A stretch of 64,000 bases of DNA from a virus (lineage: Duplodnaviria; Caudoviricetes), in IMG/VR virus record IMGVR_UViG_3300020434_000055; one strand, given 5' to 3'. A program made the translations under genes and the position numbers. The notes beneath the pieces are model-generated. The model saw only the letters and a program-made list of their open reading frames with translations. It did not search any database and was not told where the DNA came from. Shown here piece by piece: positions 16,602 to 26,318 of this stretch; within the stretch, counting starts at the first letter, position 1, and each line of letters begins with the position of its first letter.

Positions 16602-17651
16602 ATGAAAAACGTTGGAATAATTGGCGTTGGTAAAATTGGTAGAACGATTGCCGCCTTTTTAAATAAAAAACCCGAAATATTTAAAGTTCATTTAGCAGAT
16701 ATAAATCCATGGGATAAAGATGAATCTATTATAAAAATAGATGCGTCTGATATAAACGAGTGTAAAAGATTTATAGGTGGCAAAGATATAATAATTACAT
16801 CTACTACTCATGACGTTAATATTAATATTGCAAAATCGTGTGCTGAATTAGGAGTAGCATATTTTGATTTAACAGAAGATACAGAAGTTTCAGAGTATAT
16901 TAAAAATTTAGATACAAAAACATTTATGATGCCACAATGTGGATTGGCGCCTGGGGCAGTTAATATTATTGCCGCAAATTTAATCAGTCAATTTGAAGAA
17001 CCACATAAAGTTAAAATGAGAGTTGGAGCATTACCTAAATATCCTACCAATGCAATGTCTTATTATCTTACTTGGTCAACTGATGGTTTACTTAATGAAT
17101 ATGTAAATTATTGTGATGTCATTTCCCATTACGATCATATTAAAGCACATCCACTAGATGGTATAGAATCAATTTATATAGATGGAAATAGATATGAAGC
17201 ATTTAACACATCAGGAGGTAGTGCTTCTATGTGTGAAACATATAAAGACAAAGTTAGAACATTATCATATAAAACTATTAGGTATCCAGGACATTGTGAT
17301 AAAATGAAATTTTTATTAGAAGATTTAAATTTAAAACATAACAAACAAAAATTTATAGAATTATTTGATCAAGAAGTTCCTTATACAACTGCAGATGTTG
17401 TAGTAATGCTTGTATCTGTAATTGGTAAAAAAGATGGCAAATTACAAGAAGTTACATATTCAAATAAAATATATGGCGACACAGATTTTAGTGCCATCCA
17501 AAGAGCAACTGCTTCTGGTGTATGTGCTGTCGTTTTAGCATATGCTACAGGAAAACTTACAGGTACAGGATATATCAAACAGGAGAACATACCACATAAA
17601 GATTTTATAACTAATTTATACGGAGAAATATACAATGGCAGAGCTACTTAA
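16602..17651 (+). CDS. Saccharopine dehydrogenase family / lysine 6-dehydrogenase-like
   Basis: GIIGVGKIG Rossmann motif, QCGLAPG, TWSTDGLLNEY, EAFNTSGG, YKTIRYPGH. Confidence 0.88.
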   Translation: MKNVGIIGVGKIGRTIAAFLNKKPEIFKVHLADINPWDKDESIIKIDASDINECKRFIGGKDIIITSTTHDVNINIAKSCAELGVAYFDLTEDTEVSEYIKNLDTKTFMMPQCGLAPGAVNIIAANLISQFEEPHKVKMRVGALPKYPTNAMSYYLTWSTDGLLNEYVNYCDVISHYDHIKAHPLDGIESIYIDGNRYEAFNTSGGSASMCETYKDKVRTLSYKTIRYPGHCDKMKFLLEDLNLKHNKQKFIELFDQEVPYTTADVVVMLVSVIGKKDGKLQEVTYSNKIYGDTDFSAIQRATASGVCAVVLAYATGKLTGTGYIKQENIPHKDFITNLYGEIYNGRAT

Positions 17652-19071
17652 AGAAGGTTATAATTTATTAGTTGAAAAATCTACTGACGCCCAAAAAGGT
17701 TGGCTAAAAGTTCCAGCACCTAAACGTGGAGAATTAATTAGAATATTTGGTAACAAATTAAGAGAACACTTACAAGAACTAGGTAAAGGTGTTACTATGG
17801 AAAGTAAAAAAATTTTAGTTGAAGGAGTTGGAGAAGTCCAAGAAGTAATTGATATGTGTGATTTTGCAGTAGGGTTATCAAGACAACTATATGGATTAAC
17901 AATGCCTTCTGAAAGGCCTGATCACAGATTACAAGAAATGTGGCATCCATTAGGTGTAGTAGGTGTTATTACGGCTTTTAATTTTCCAGTAGCGCCATGG
18001 GGTTGGAATTTTTGTTTAGCAATAGTGTGTGGCGATAGTGTTGTATGGAAACCATCTCCTAAAACAATGAAAATATCATACAGATGTAAAGAATTATTTG
18101 ATGATGCAGTTAAAGATTTTAAAAGCAAATATGTTGAAAGTTTAGGAATAGATGTAAAAAATTTATTATTAATATTAGAAGGAGATAAAGAACAAGCAGA
18201 ATGGATGGCTGATGATCCTAATATAAAATTATTAAGTGCAACAGGATCATGTGAAATGGGTAAATCATTAGCACCTAAGGTTTCTGCAAGAATGGGTAAA
18301 GGTTTATATGAACTAGGTGGCAATAATGCAATGATAGTAACTAATAATGCAAATTTTGAATTAGCCGTAAGAGCAATTATTTTTAGTGCTATTGGTACAA
18401 CCGGTCAAAGATGTACTTCTTTAAGAAGACTTTTTGTACAAAAAAATAGTTACGATTCTATGAAAGGTATGCTACATAGAGCATATTCAGGAATTGACCC
18501 TGGTCATCCATTGGACAACGGTGTTTTATTAGGCCCATTAATTGATGAAAAAGCATTTAAAAAAATGCAATCTGTTTTACATAAATGTCGACAAAAAGGA
18601 TACATGGTTTATGGTGGAGATCCACATGAAGAATGTAATAAATTAAATCCGGATCATCCGTATTACGTTTACCCAGCTATTGTTCATGCTGATTTTCATT
18701 CTGAAATGGTTAAAGAAGAAACATTTGCTCCTATCCTTTATATGTTAAAATATGATAAACTAGAAAATGCAATTAAAATGCAAAATGATGTACCTCAAGG
18801 ATTAAGTTCTTGCATTTTTACAGAAAATTTAAGAGAAGCTGAAACATTTATATCTTCAGTTGGTTCTGATTGCGGAATTGTAAATGTTAATATAGGACCA
18901 TCAGGTGCAGAAATAGGTGGAGCATTTGGTGGAGAAAAAGATACAGGTGGTGGCAGAGAATCTGGATCTGATGCTTGGAAATCTTATATGAGAAGAACTA
19001 CAGTTACAATTAATTATGGTAGAAAATTACCTTTAGCACAAGGTATAACTTTTGCATCTGATAAAAAATAA
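17635..19071 (+). CDS. ALDH7 family aldehyde dehydrogenase (alpha-aminoadipate semialdehyde / P6C dehydrogenase)
   Basis: EGVGEVQEVIDMCDFAVGLSRQLYG, ITAFNFPVA, ELGGNNA, catalytic GQRCT, GGRESGSDAWKSYMRR. Confidence 0.92.
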   Translation: MAELLKEGYNLLVEKSTDAQKGWLKVPAPKRGELIRIFGNKLREHLQELGKGVTMESKKILVEGVGEVQEVIDMCDFAVGLSRQLYGLTMPSERPDHRLQEMWHPLGVVGVITAFNFPVAPWGWNFCLAIVCGDSVVWKPSPKTMKISYRCKELFDDAVKDFKSKYVESLGIDVKNLLLILEGDKEQAEWMADDPNIKLLSATGSCEMGKSLAPKVSARMGKGLYELGGNNAMIVTNNANFELAVRAIIFSAIGTTGQRCTSLRRLFVQKNSYDSMKGMLHRAYSGIDPGHPLDNGVLLGPLIDEKAFKKMQSVLHKCRQKGYMVYGGDPHEECNKLNPDHPYYVYPAIVHADFHSEMVKEETFAPILYMLKYDKLENAIKMQNDVPQGLSSCIFTENLREAETFISSVGSDCGIVNVNIGPSGAEIGGAFGGEKDTGGGRESGSDAWKSYMRRTTVTINYGRKLPLAQGITFASDKK

Positions 19072-19697
19072 TGCCTAAAGGATTTTATAGAGATCAAGAC
19101 ATTTGTTTTGATATTAAAAAACTGCAAAATGCAATTAAAGAAGTAGATTCAAGAGTAGCAAGACAATCCCCATTAGGAAAAAATGACCTTACTGCAATTT
19201 GTTTAACACAAATACCTGAAGATCCAAATTCAATTACAGGCGGTAATGTTAGAGGTCTATATTGGACAAAACCAGATAGCACATATAAAGAAGTAGAAAG
19301 AGAAGCACCTATTAATGAATCACAATATTCAGAATTTGTTAAACTGTTTGAAGATACATATTTTAAAGAAGTATACGATAAATTAACAACCAAATATGAA
19401 TTAGGTAGAGTTAGATTACTTTGGAAAATGCCACGTACAACATTAAGTTGGCATAGAGACCCTGAACCCAGAATACATATTCCTATCATAACAAATTTTG
19501 GTGCTCGTATGTGTATAGGTGAAGTAGTTCATCATATGCCTGCAGATGGATCTGTATGGGTTACTAATAATACAAAATATCATAACGCATTTAACGGTGG
19601 AGAAGAAGATAGAATACATTTAGTTGCTACTGTTTTAAATTGCGATATGAAAATTTTTGATAGTTATCCAAATTCTTCTCTTAATCAAATTTGGTAA
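19071..19697 (+). CDS. Fe(II)/2OG hydroxylase, aspartyl/asparaginyl beta-hydroxylase-like
   Basis: WHRD...RIHIPIITN...HNAFNGGEEDRIHLV (HxD...H facial triad). Confidence 0.8.
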   Translation: MPKGFYRDQDICFDIKKLQNAIKEVDSRVARQSPLGKNDLTAICLTQIPEDPNSITGGNVRGLYWTKPDSTYKEVEREAPINESQYSEFVKLFEDTYFKEVYDKLTTKYELGRVRLLWKMPRTTLSWHRDPEPRIHIPIITNFGARMCIGEVVHHMPADGSVWVTNNTKYHNAFNGGEEDRIHLVATVLNCDMKIFDSYPNSSLNQIW

Positions 19698-19707
19698 TCT
19701 ACTCTAC

Positions 19708-19736
19708 TTGACAATACAACCAATTTCCTTTATTAT
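19708..19736 (+). promoter_or_regulatory. Sigma70-type promoter
   Basis: TTGACA-17 bp-TATTAT. Confidence 0.75.
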
Positions 19737-19781
19737 AGTACTAACATTGATAACAATTAATTATTTAAGGAGATATCTTCA

Positions 19782-20030
19782 ATGACAATTACTATACAAG
19801 AAAAAGTCCTTAATGCTTTAAACAACGGACAGGCTCTTTCTTCAGCAACGATCAAAAATAGATTTGGTGCTGGAAATCCAGGCTCTGTAATCCAATCTTT
19901 AAGATTTAAAGGATATCCAGTGTTTTTAAACACAAACAGTAAAACTGGTTGTAAAGTTTATAGAACTGGTAAAGCACCACGAAAAGTAGTAGGTGCAGGA
20001 TATAAAGCATTAGCAAAAGGCTTAATATAA
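19782..20030 (+). CDS. Winged-HTH DNA-binding protein (conserved in large myoviruses)
   Basis: EKVLNALNNGQALSSATIKNRFGAGNPGSVIQSLRFKGYPVF...YRTG; AAGGAG SD. Confidence 0.7.
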   Translation: MTITIQEKVLNALNNGQALSSATIKNRFGAGNPGSVIQSLRFKGYPVFLNTNSKTGCKVYRTGKAPRKVVGAGYKALAKGLI

Positions 20031-20060
20031 TATTAAGAACTCTGTTAGTTCTAATATACT

Positions 20061-20103
20061 AAAGGTCGTCTGTAACCTACGTAATAGGGGGCGACCTTTT
20101 TTT
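20061..20103 (+). terminator. Intrinsic terminator
   Basis: AAAGGTCGTC...GGCGACCTTT followed by a T-run. Confidence 0.8.
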
Positions 20104-20142
20104 ATGGCTAATGACCCGCTATTTTACTCGTTTCTTAGGCTA

Positions 20143-20171
20143 TTGACTTTTTGGCTTAAAGGCTTTATTAT
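20143..20171 (+). promoter_or_regulatory. Sigma70-type promoter
   Basis: TTGACT-17 bp-TATTAT. Confidence 0.75.
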
Positions 20172-20201
20172 TATAATAAAGGCAACAGAAGGGCAAAATA
20201 A

Positions 20202-21206
20202 ATGAATAAACAAATCTACGTTTTAGAAGGAAGTTACCGAAATAGAAAAGTCGAAAATACTACTTTTAAATTAGTTAAACCATACCAACCATATCCACAT
20301 AAAGAAGGTGGATTCATCACAGTAAAAATAAACGATCTCACACAATATCCGGGTGCTACAAAAGATCATATAAGAATTAGTTTAAACAACGAAAATCAAT
20401 TAAGAGATAAACCACCAGAATCTCGTAAAGAAGAAACTGACGCAGAAGTTGTTGAAAGAATGCGTAAACGTTTTGAAATTTTAGATTCAATGACTAAAGC
20501 AACCAAAAAAGGAGACATCAGAGCAATGATAGTATCTGGCCCTCCAGGTGTTGGTAAGTCATATGGTGTTGAAAAAGTTTTAGAAAGATATGGAGTTATA
20601 TCTACATTAGGAGATTCTAAAAAGAAATATGAAGTTGTCAAAGGTGCCATGAGTGCTATTGGACTATATGTCAAATTATACAATTTTCAAGAAAAAGATT
20701 GTGTTGTAGTATTTGATGATTGCGATAGTGTTTTATTAGATGACCTATCTTTAAACTTATTAAAAGCGGCTTTAGATTCTAAACGAACTAGAAGAATATG
20801 TTGGAATACAGATTCACATATGCTACGTAGGGAGAATGTACCAGATCATTTTGAATTTAGAGGTTCTGCTATATTCATTACTAACATTAAATTTGATAAT
20901 GTAAAATCTAAAAAATTAAGAGACCATTTAGATGCATTAGAATCTAGATGTCACTACATAGATTTAACAATTGATACTATGAGAGAAAAAATCTTAAGAA
21001 TTAAACAAATCGTAGGAGACGGTATGTTAAATGAATATGCTTTACCAGAAGATGTTAAACAAGAAATAATTCAATGGATAGAAGGTCATAAAAGAAGACT
21101 TAGAGAAGTAAGTCTTAGAACTGTACTTAAAGTAGCAGACTTGGCTAAAAGTTTTCCAGATAATTGGAAAGCAATGGCTGAAAATACAATTTTAAAACCG
21201 AGGTAA
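20202..21206 (+). CDS. AAA+ ATPase, conserved in large phages
   Basis: Walker A SGPPGVGKS, Walker B VVVFDDCD, IFITN sensor, LESRC arginine finger. Confidence 0.85.
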   Translation: MNKQIYVLEGSYRNRKVENTTFKLVKPYQPYPHKEGGFITVKINDLTQYPGATKDHIRISLNNENQLRDKPPESRKEETDAEVVERMRKRFEILDSMTKATKKGDIRAMIVSGPPGVGKSYGVEKVLERYGVISTLGDSKKKYEVVKGAMSAIGLYVKLYNFQEKDCVVVFDDCDSVLLDDLSLNLLKAALDSKRTRRICWNTDSHMLRRENVPDHFEFRGSAIFITNIKFDNVKSKKLRDHLDALESRCHYIDLTIDTMREKILRIKQIVGDGMLNEYALPEDVKQEIIQWIEGHKRRLREVSLRTVLKVADLAKSFPDNWKAMAENTILKPR

Positions 21207-21207
21207 T

Positions 21208-22542
21208 ATGAGAACACAACCACAAGAAGTAATAGCAAAACTAGAAGCAGATAATTCTAGACTTAAAAAAGAAGCAATAGTTTTAGATGCAATGAAAGAA
21301 GGATTGGACGAATTCTTTGAAGGTCTAAAAATGTGTTTAGACAAACTATACACATTTGGAGTTAAACAAGTACCTACTAAAGATGACGTTATATCAGCTC
21401 AAGGCTGTGAATGGAAAGTGTTTAAAAAATTAGCTGAACAACTTTATAATAGAGAACTTACAGGACACGCGGCTCGTGATGCAATTAAACTTGTAATGAG
21501 TTCTGCAACGCCAGAACAATGGAATGGCTTTTATAGAAGAATCTTAATTAAAGATTTAAGATGTGGTGTTACAGAAAAAACTGTAAACAATGTTGCAAAG
21601 AAAAACAAATTTAAACAATATACAATTCCAGTATTCACTTGTCAATTAGCACAAGACTCTGCAAAACACGATAAGAAACTTACTGGTAAGAAAATGTTAG
21701 AAGTTAAATTAGATGGTGCTAGAGTTGTATCAATTGTTTATCCAGATGGCAAAGTTGATATGTTTAGCAGAAATGGAAAAGAGCTAAACAACTTTGGACA
21801 TATTGCAGATGAAATAAGTGAAGTAGTTAAAAATTCTCCACCACCTTATCCTTTAATTTTAGACGGTGAAGTAATGAGTGATAACTTTCAAGACTTAATG
21901 AAACAAATTCATAGAAAAAGTTCTGCAACAGCCAAAGATGCTAAACTGCATTTATTTGATTTTATTCCATTAGCAGATTTCAAAAAAGGCATTTGGAATA
22001 AAAGCCAAAAGGATAGAACAGAAATGGTTAAGGCTTGGTACGAACAACATAAGGCAAGTCTAACAACTGTAGAAGTGTTAGATCATGAAATAGTTGACTT
22101 GGACACAGAAGAAGGGCAAAAGACGTACACAGCGATTAATAAGAGGGCAGTAGACGGGGGATATGAAGGTATCATGATAAAAGACCTAGACGCTCCATAT
22201 GAGTGTAAAAGAACTACGTCTTGGTTAAAATTAAAACCATTTATTGAAGTATCATTGAAAGTAATTGACACAGAAGAAGGTACAGGTAAAAATGTAGGTA
22301 AATTAGGAGCACTTATTGTTGAAGGTACAGATGATGGCAAGTTTATTAAAACGAATGTAGGATCTGGTTTAACTGATGAAAATAGAGAAGAATTTTGGAA
22401 AGCAAAAGGAAAACTTACAGGACAAATAGTAGAAGTTAGAGCAGATGCAATTACACAGAATCAAGATACAAAAAATGAATGGAGTCTTAGATTTCCAAGG
22501 TTCTTAAGATTTAGAGGATTTGATGTCGGAGAAAAAATTTAA
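21208..22542 (+). CDS. lig: ATP-dependent DNA ligase
   Basis: EVKLDGAR (motif I), LDGEV, EGIMIKD, WLKLKP, NVGSG, SLRFPRFLRFR. Confidence 0.96.
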   Translation: MRTQPQEVIAKLEADNSRLKKEAIVLDAMKEGLDEFFEGLKMCLDKLYTFGVKQVPTKDDVISAQGCEWKVFKKLAEQLYNRELTGHAARDAIKLVMSSATPEQWNGFYRRILIKDLRCGVTEKTVNNVAKKNKFKQYTIPVFTCQLAQDSAKHDKKLTGKKMLEVKLDGARVVSIVYPDGKVDMFSRNGKELNNFGHIADEISEVVKNSPPPYPLILDGEVMSDNFQDLMKQIHRKSSATAKDAKLHLFDFIPLADFKKGIWNKSQKDRTEMVKAWYEQHKASLTTVEVLDHEIVDLDTEEGQKTYTAINKRAVDGGYEGIMIKDLDAPYECKRTTSWLKLKPFIEVSLKVIDTEEGTGKNVGKLGALIVEGTDDGKFIKTNVGSGLTDENREEFWKAKGKLTGQIVEVRADAITQNQDTKNEWSLRFPRFLRFRGFDVGEKI

Positions 22543-23197
22543 AGATACTTTAGCTATGGACTTGTGGTTTCCTACAATTGTATGGAACGACAACTTAAAA
22601 CACATCGATAATAAGATGTTAAATAATTATGTCTTAAATCTTAAAGAAAAAGATAAAGGACGAATTGTAACTAATTATGGTGGTTGGCAAAGTAACATGA
22701 TTAAAAGCAAAATTCACGAAGATTTATCACCAAGTGAAAATACTGATATAATAGAAAAATTTATTGAATCATTACAAAATGCAATTAACCAATGTGTTAA
22801 AATGGCAGGGTTAATGGATTTACAAATATGTGACTATTGGTGGAACATAAATTATAAAGGTGATTATAATAAACCACACCATCACAGTGATAGTATTTTA
22901 AGTGGTGTTTATTATATTGATATACCAGAAGACAATATGGGAGATATTCACTTTGAAAGAGAAGACCCAGCACAATATTTTCTTCCTAGATATATGCCTA
23001 CGCGAAATAAATTAACTTCTACTAGAGCTACGTATAAACCTAAAACAGGTGGTTTATTAATTTTTCCTAGTTGGGTTACGCATAGTGTAGATGGTAATAA
23101 AACAGATAAACCTAGAATATCAATGAGTTTTAATACAACTATTGCCCGAACACCTGCTAATGACGAACTAGCAAGAATGAATGGATTTAAAATATGA
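22520..23197 (+). CDS. 2OG-Fe(II) oxygenase (TIGR02466-like)
   Basis: WWNINYKGDYNKPHHH...LSGVYY...LIFPSWVTHSV...RISMSFN. Confidence 0.85.
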   Translation: MMSEKKFKDTLAMDLWFPTIVWNDNLKHIDNKMLNNYVLNLKEKDKGRIVTNYGGWQSNMIKSKIHEDLSPSENTDIIEKFIESLQNAINQCVKMAGLMDLQICDYWWNINYKGDYNKPHHHSDSILSGVYYIDIPEDNMGDIHFEREDPAQYFLPRYMPTRNKLTSTRATYKPKTGGLLIFPSWVTHSVDGNKTDKPRISMSFNTTIARTPANDELARMNGFKI

Positions 23198-23448
23198 GAA
23201 ATCAATGGTACATTAAAATATATGCAATAACAATTATTGTTTTAGCATTGTTATTTTTTGCTTATAACTCAAATGCTGAAGATAAAAAACCTGGATTACA
23301 AGGGTGGGGTAATAAGTTATTTGAAGTATTAGACCAAGAAGTTCAAGACACTAAATCTTACCAAAAGAAACAATGGGAAAAGATGAAAAGACAGTTTAAA
23401 AATTTATTTAATAGAAGCGAAAAAGAGTGGAATGAATTAGATGAGTGA
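23194..23448 (+). CDS. Small secreted/membrane protein
   Basis: N-terminal hydrophobic signal. Confidence 0.55.
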   Translation: MRNQWYIKIYAITIIVLALLFFAYNSNAEDKKPGLQGWGNKLFEVLDQEVQDTKSYQKKQWEKMKRQFKNLFNRSEKEWNELDE

Positions 23449-23737
23449 AGACATTAAAACAAAATATGACAGACTAGAGCACCCAGCTTTTGGACGTAAA
23501 GAACCTAAGCCAATGACTTTAGAACAAGAAAAAGAAGAATGGGATTTTTGTATGGACCAAGCAGATCACGATACAATGTTAAGAAGAGAAATGGCAAGAA
23601 TTAGAAGAGAATGGGCACCTTGGAAAGAAAAAGATGTAACAGATACACATAAAGTTATCTATGAGGCAGAAAGAAGAGTTAAATTATTGCCTAAGAAAGA
23701 TATTAATAAACATAAGCCTGGTGCACATGAAATATAG
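23441..23737 (+). CDS. Hypothetical protein
   Basis: Coupled ORF in a small-gene array. Confidence 0.55.
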   Translation: MSEDIKTKYDRLEHPAFGRKEPKPMTLEQEKEEWDFCMDQADHDTMLRREMARIRREWAPWKEKDVTDTHKVIYEAERRVKLLPKKDINKHKPGAHEI

Positions 23738-23942
23738 GGCCAGTACACTTAAAAAATATCAACTATTATCAGATAAAATTAATGATGAGCAATGGAGTAC
23801 TCCTCGACTTAAAGAATTTTGGAAAAAAAATCGAAAATTTGAAAAATGGTTTAAGGAAAATGTTTTAGATGATTATTCAAAAGAGTCTGGTCATAGATTT
23901 TTTCCTTCAAAGTTTAGGGGAGAATATGGTGAAGGAAAATGA
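23727..23942 (+). CDS. Hypothetical protein (likely start MKYRAS)
   Basis: Overlap-coupled; the upstream extension in the ORF track overlaps another gene. Confidence 0.5.
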   Translation: MKYRASTLKKYQLLSDKINDEQWSTPRLKEFWKKNRKFEKWFKENVLDDYSKESGHRFFPSKFRGEYGEGK

Positions 23943-24172
23943 ATGAATTAATATTTGGTATATTATTAATATTTGGATTAGGTATAATAGTTGGCTGGTA
24001 TATGTCTAATACAATAAACAAAACTAGATACGAAAGTATATTAAAAAATAGTGCAATGATGATGGGTATGACTAGAGAAGTTTGGGAAAGAATTATTAAA
24101 GCAAAAAGGATGGAACATGGCGTTCAAAAAAAGAATGTTCAACAAGACTCCGAGAAGAATACATCGGAATAA
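23939..24172 (+). CDS. Small membrane protein
   Basis: N-terminal TM helix. Confidence 0.55.
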   Translation: MNELIFGILLIFGLGIIVGWYMSNTINKTRYESILKNSAMMMGMTREVWERIIKAKRMEHGVQKKNVQQDSEKNTSE

Positions 24173-24251
24173 AGGTGGACGTAAAAAAGGAACAGTTTCC
24201 ATCAAACCTATCAAAATAAAAAAACCAAAACAATCGGTCTGGTTTCCTTAA
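24117..24251 (+). CDS. Small highly basic peptide; not in the ORF track
   Basis: MAFKKRMFNKTPRRIHRNKGGRKKGTVSIKPIKIKKPKQSVWFP*, AAGGA SD upstream. Confidence 0.5.
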   Translation: MAFKKRMFNKTPRRIHRNKGGRKKGTVSIKPIKIKKPKQSVWFP

Positions 24252-24293
24252 ATCACTATTTTTCTTTACTCAAGACTATATAAGAAATATAGC

Positions 24294-25115
24294 ATGACTG
24301 AAAAAACGGAAATTCAAAAACCCTCAATACAGGAACGAGTTGCAAAAAGAGTACAACAAATTGCTCAACCAATTGAACTATGGTTAGACAGATTAGTTGC
24401 AAAACCTGAAAAATTTAATCCTGAAAATTACAAATTACTAGATCATCTTAAAAAAGAAAAAACAAAAGGTCAACACGCAAGAAAACTTAAAGAATTATAT
24501 CAAGGACAATATGATGAAATCTTTTTTTATTATAAAGCAAAAAAGAAACCATTTGAAGAACTTAATGATGATGATCAACAGTTGGTAGAGTCATATAACG
24601 AATTTAGTAAAGAAGAACTTCAATTACACATTAAAACATACGAACATATATTCAAGGCTTGTGATTATATGATAGGTATAGCTAATGCTAATAGAAAATC
24701 AAGGAAAAGAAAACCTATTAGTAAAACAAAAGCAATTTCAAAATTAAAATATAAACGTGAAGATGACAGGCTAAAATTGATTAGTATAAATCCAGAAGAT
24801 ATAATAGGTTGTGAAGAACTATGGGTTTATAACACTAAAACTAGAAAACTAGGATACTATGTAACATCTACATTTGATCCAAGAGGTATGGAGCGAGAGG
24901 GCACTGGATTAGGTGTTAAAGGTACTTCGATATTTAGGTTTAATGAAGAAATTAGTGTACAAAAAACACTAAGAAAACCCCCAGAACAGCTTCCACACTT
25001 TATAAACGGTCCTAAGACTAAATTAAAAGAAGACCTTGATAATATTAAAGCAATGGGCTTAAAATTAAATGGACGTATTAATCCAGACGTTATATTACTT
25101 CGGGCTATTAGATAA
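24294..25115 (+). CDS. Conserved hypothetical protein of large myoviruses
   Basis: LISINPEDIIGCEELWVYNTKTRKLG...KGTSI...SVQKTLRKP...LNGRIN..ILLR. Confidence 0.7.
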   Translation: MTEKTEIQKPSIQERVAKRVQQIAQPIELWLDRLVAKPEKFNPENYKLLDHLKKEKTKGQHARKLKELYQGQYDEIFFYYKAKKKPFEELNDDDQQLVESYNEFSKEELQLHIKTYEHIFKACDYMIGIANANRKSRKRKPISKTKAISKLKYKREDDRLKLISINPEDIIGCEELWVYNTKTRKLGYYVTSTFDPRGMEREGTGLGVKGTSIFRFNEEISVQKTLRKPPEQLPHFINGPKTKLKEDLDNIKAMGLKLNGRINPDVILLRAIR

Positions 25116-25118
25116 ATA
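25111..25118 (+). promoter_or_regulatory. T4-like late promoter (ATAAATA); same motif recurs at 11990, 12552, 29051, 41875, 42593, 45746, 47113, 51757, 53489, 54677, 58682, 59948
   Basis: An (R)ATAAATA box without a -35 element sits shortly upstream of start codons of structural/late genes, resembling the T4 gp55 consensus TATAAATA. Confidence 0.75.
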
Positions 25119-25123
25119 ATTGC

Positions 25124-26002
25124 ATGAGTACAAAAGACGACATAATTCACATTAAAGCAGGACTAGTAACATTGGGTGATGCTATAGAAAAATTGACTGT
25201 TTCTGTAGATGATTCAGATGAAGTAGCTAATGTTAGCAAATCTATTAATTTTAAAGGTACTGCAGATAACTCTATATATGGCAAGGGCTTATCTTGGAGT
25301 GGCTATGGTAATAAAAAACAACTAAACTACCAAACCAATCCTGATAGACTATGGAGTAGCGACATTATAGACATTAATAAAGGCTCCCATTTTTCTGTAG
25401 ATAATACATTTGTATTAAGTGAAGTAGAATTAGGGCCAACAGTTAAAACTTCTAATCTTAAAAAAGTTGGTATATTAGAAGGATTAGCAGTTAACGGAAA
25501 TGTTAATTTTGACTCTTTTGTATTTTATGACTCAGGATTCAGTCGACTAGGAATAGGAACCGAACTTCCAAATGGACAATTATCGGTATCTTCTAACGAC
25601 GTAGAATTTAGAGTACAACCAAATGAAGACAACGCAGAAATAGGAACCTACACAACTGCATCATTGAGGATCCAAACAGATAACACAGATAGAATTACTA
25701 TAGGTGCTCATGGAGACGTTAAAATTGGAACACAAGGTGGTCAAACAACGTTAAATGTTTACGGCAAAGTTGGAATAGGCGTTACTAATCTTGATAACAA
25801 CATATCTTTAGACGTTGACGGTCCAATTAGATTTCAAAGTAAAAAATTCCAAACAGGTACTGAAGCACCAACAGAAGGTTCTCATTCCCAAGGAGATGTT
25901 ACTTGGAATAGCAATCCTACTCCAGGAAACGTTATGGGTTGGGTATGCGTTCAAACAGGAACACCTGGCTTATGGAAATCTTTCGGAAATATCGGAAATT
26001 AG
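25124..26002 (+). CDS. Putative virion structural (fibre-like) protein
   Basis: Gly-rich beta repeats (SRLGIGT, GDVKIGT, KVGIGVT); C-terminal GWVCVQTGTPGLWKSFG; late promoter. Confidence 0.65.
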   Translation: MSTKDDIIHIKAGLVTLGDAIEKLTVSVDDSDEVANVSKSINFKGTADNSIYGKGLSWSGYGNKKQLNYQTNPDRLWSSDIIDINKGSHFSVDNTFVLSEVELGPTVKTSNLKKVGILEGLAVNGNVNFDSFVFYDSGFSRLGIGTELPNGQLSVSSNDVEFRVQPNEDNAEIGTYTTASLRIQTDNTDRITIGAHGDVKIGTQGGQTTLNVYGKVGIGVTNLDNNISLDVDGPIRFQSKKFQTGTEAPTEGSHSQGDVTWNSNPTPGNVMGWVCVQTGTPGLWKSFGNIGN

Positions 26003-26316
26003 AAAATCAACTTAACTTTTGGAATTGGGTGGGCAGAATTGCTCCTCTAGTTGCTCTTGTTATTGTTATTTTTCTAATTACATTTCAATTTAACACATTA
26101 CTAGACTATACCATTGGTTTTATAAGCATTGCTTTCGCCTGTATTGCTTTTATATGGTGGTGGTGGGTAATTCAAACAATACATGATTTTTTAAAATTAA
26201 AAAATTATGCAAGTGGTAAATTTAAAGAAATTAAAAAAGAATTAGAAAGTATTAAAATAGATTTGCATAAATCAAAATCTATTAGAAAAAAAGAACACAA
26301 CAAACTTAAAAAATAA
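25972..26316 (+). CDS. Two-TM membrane protein
   Basis: Two hydrophobic helices plus coiled tail; start likely MEIFRK. Confidence 0.55.
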   Translation: MEIFRKYRKLENQLNFWNWVGRIAPLVALVIVIFLITFQFNTLLDYTIGFISIAFACIAFIWWWWVIQTIHDFLKLKNYASGKFKEIKKELESIKIDLHKSKSIRKKEHNKLKK

Positions 26317-26318
26317 GT

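Noticed and set aside
16602-19071. Host chromosomal contamination or chimeric contig for the lysine operon
   Set aside because: Same AT content and coupling style as flanking phage genes, with no IS, att or tRNA junction visible. Read coverage should still be checked.
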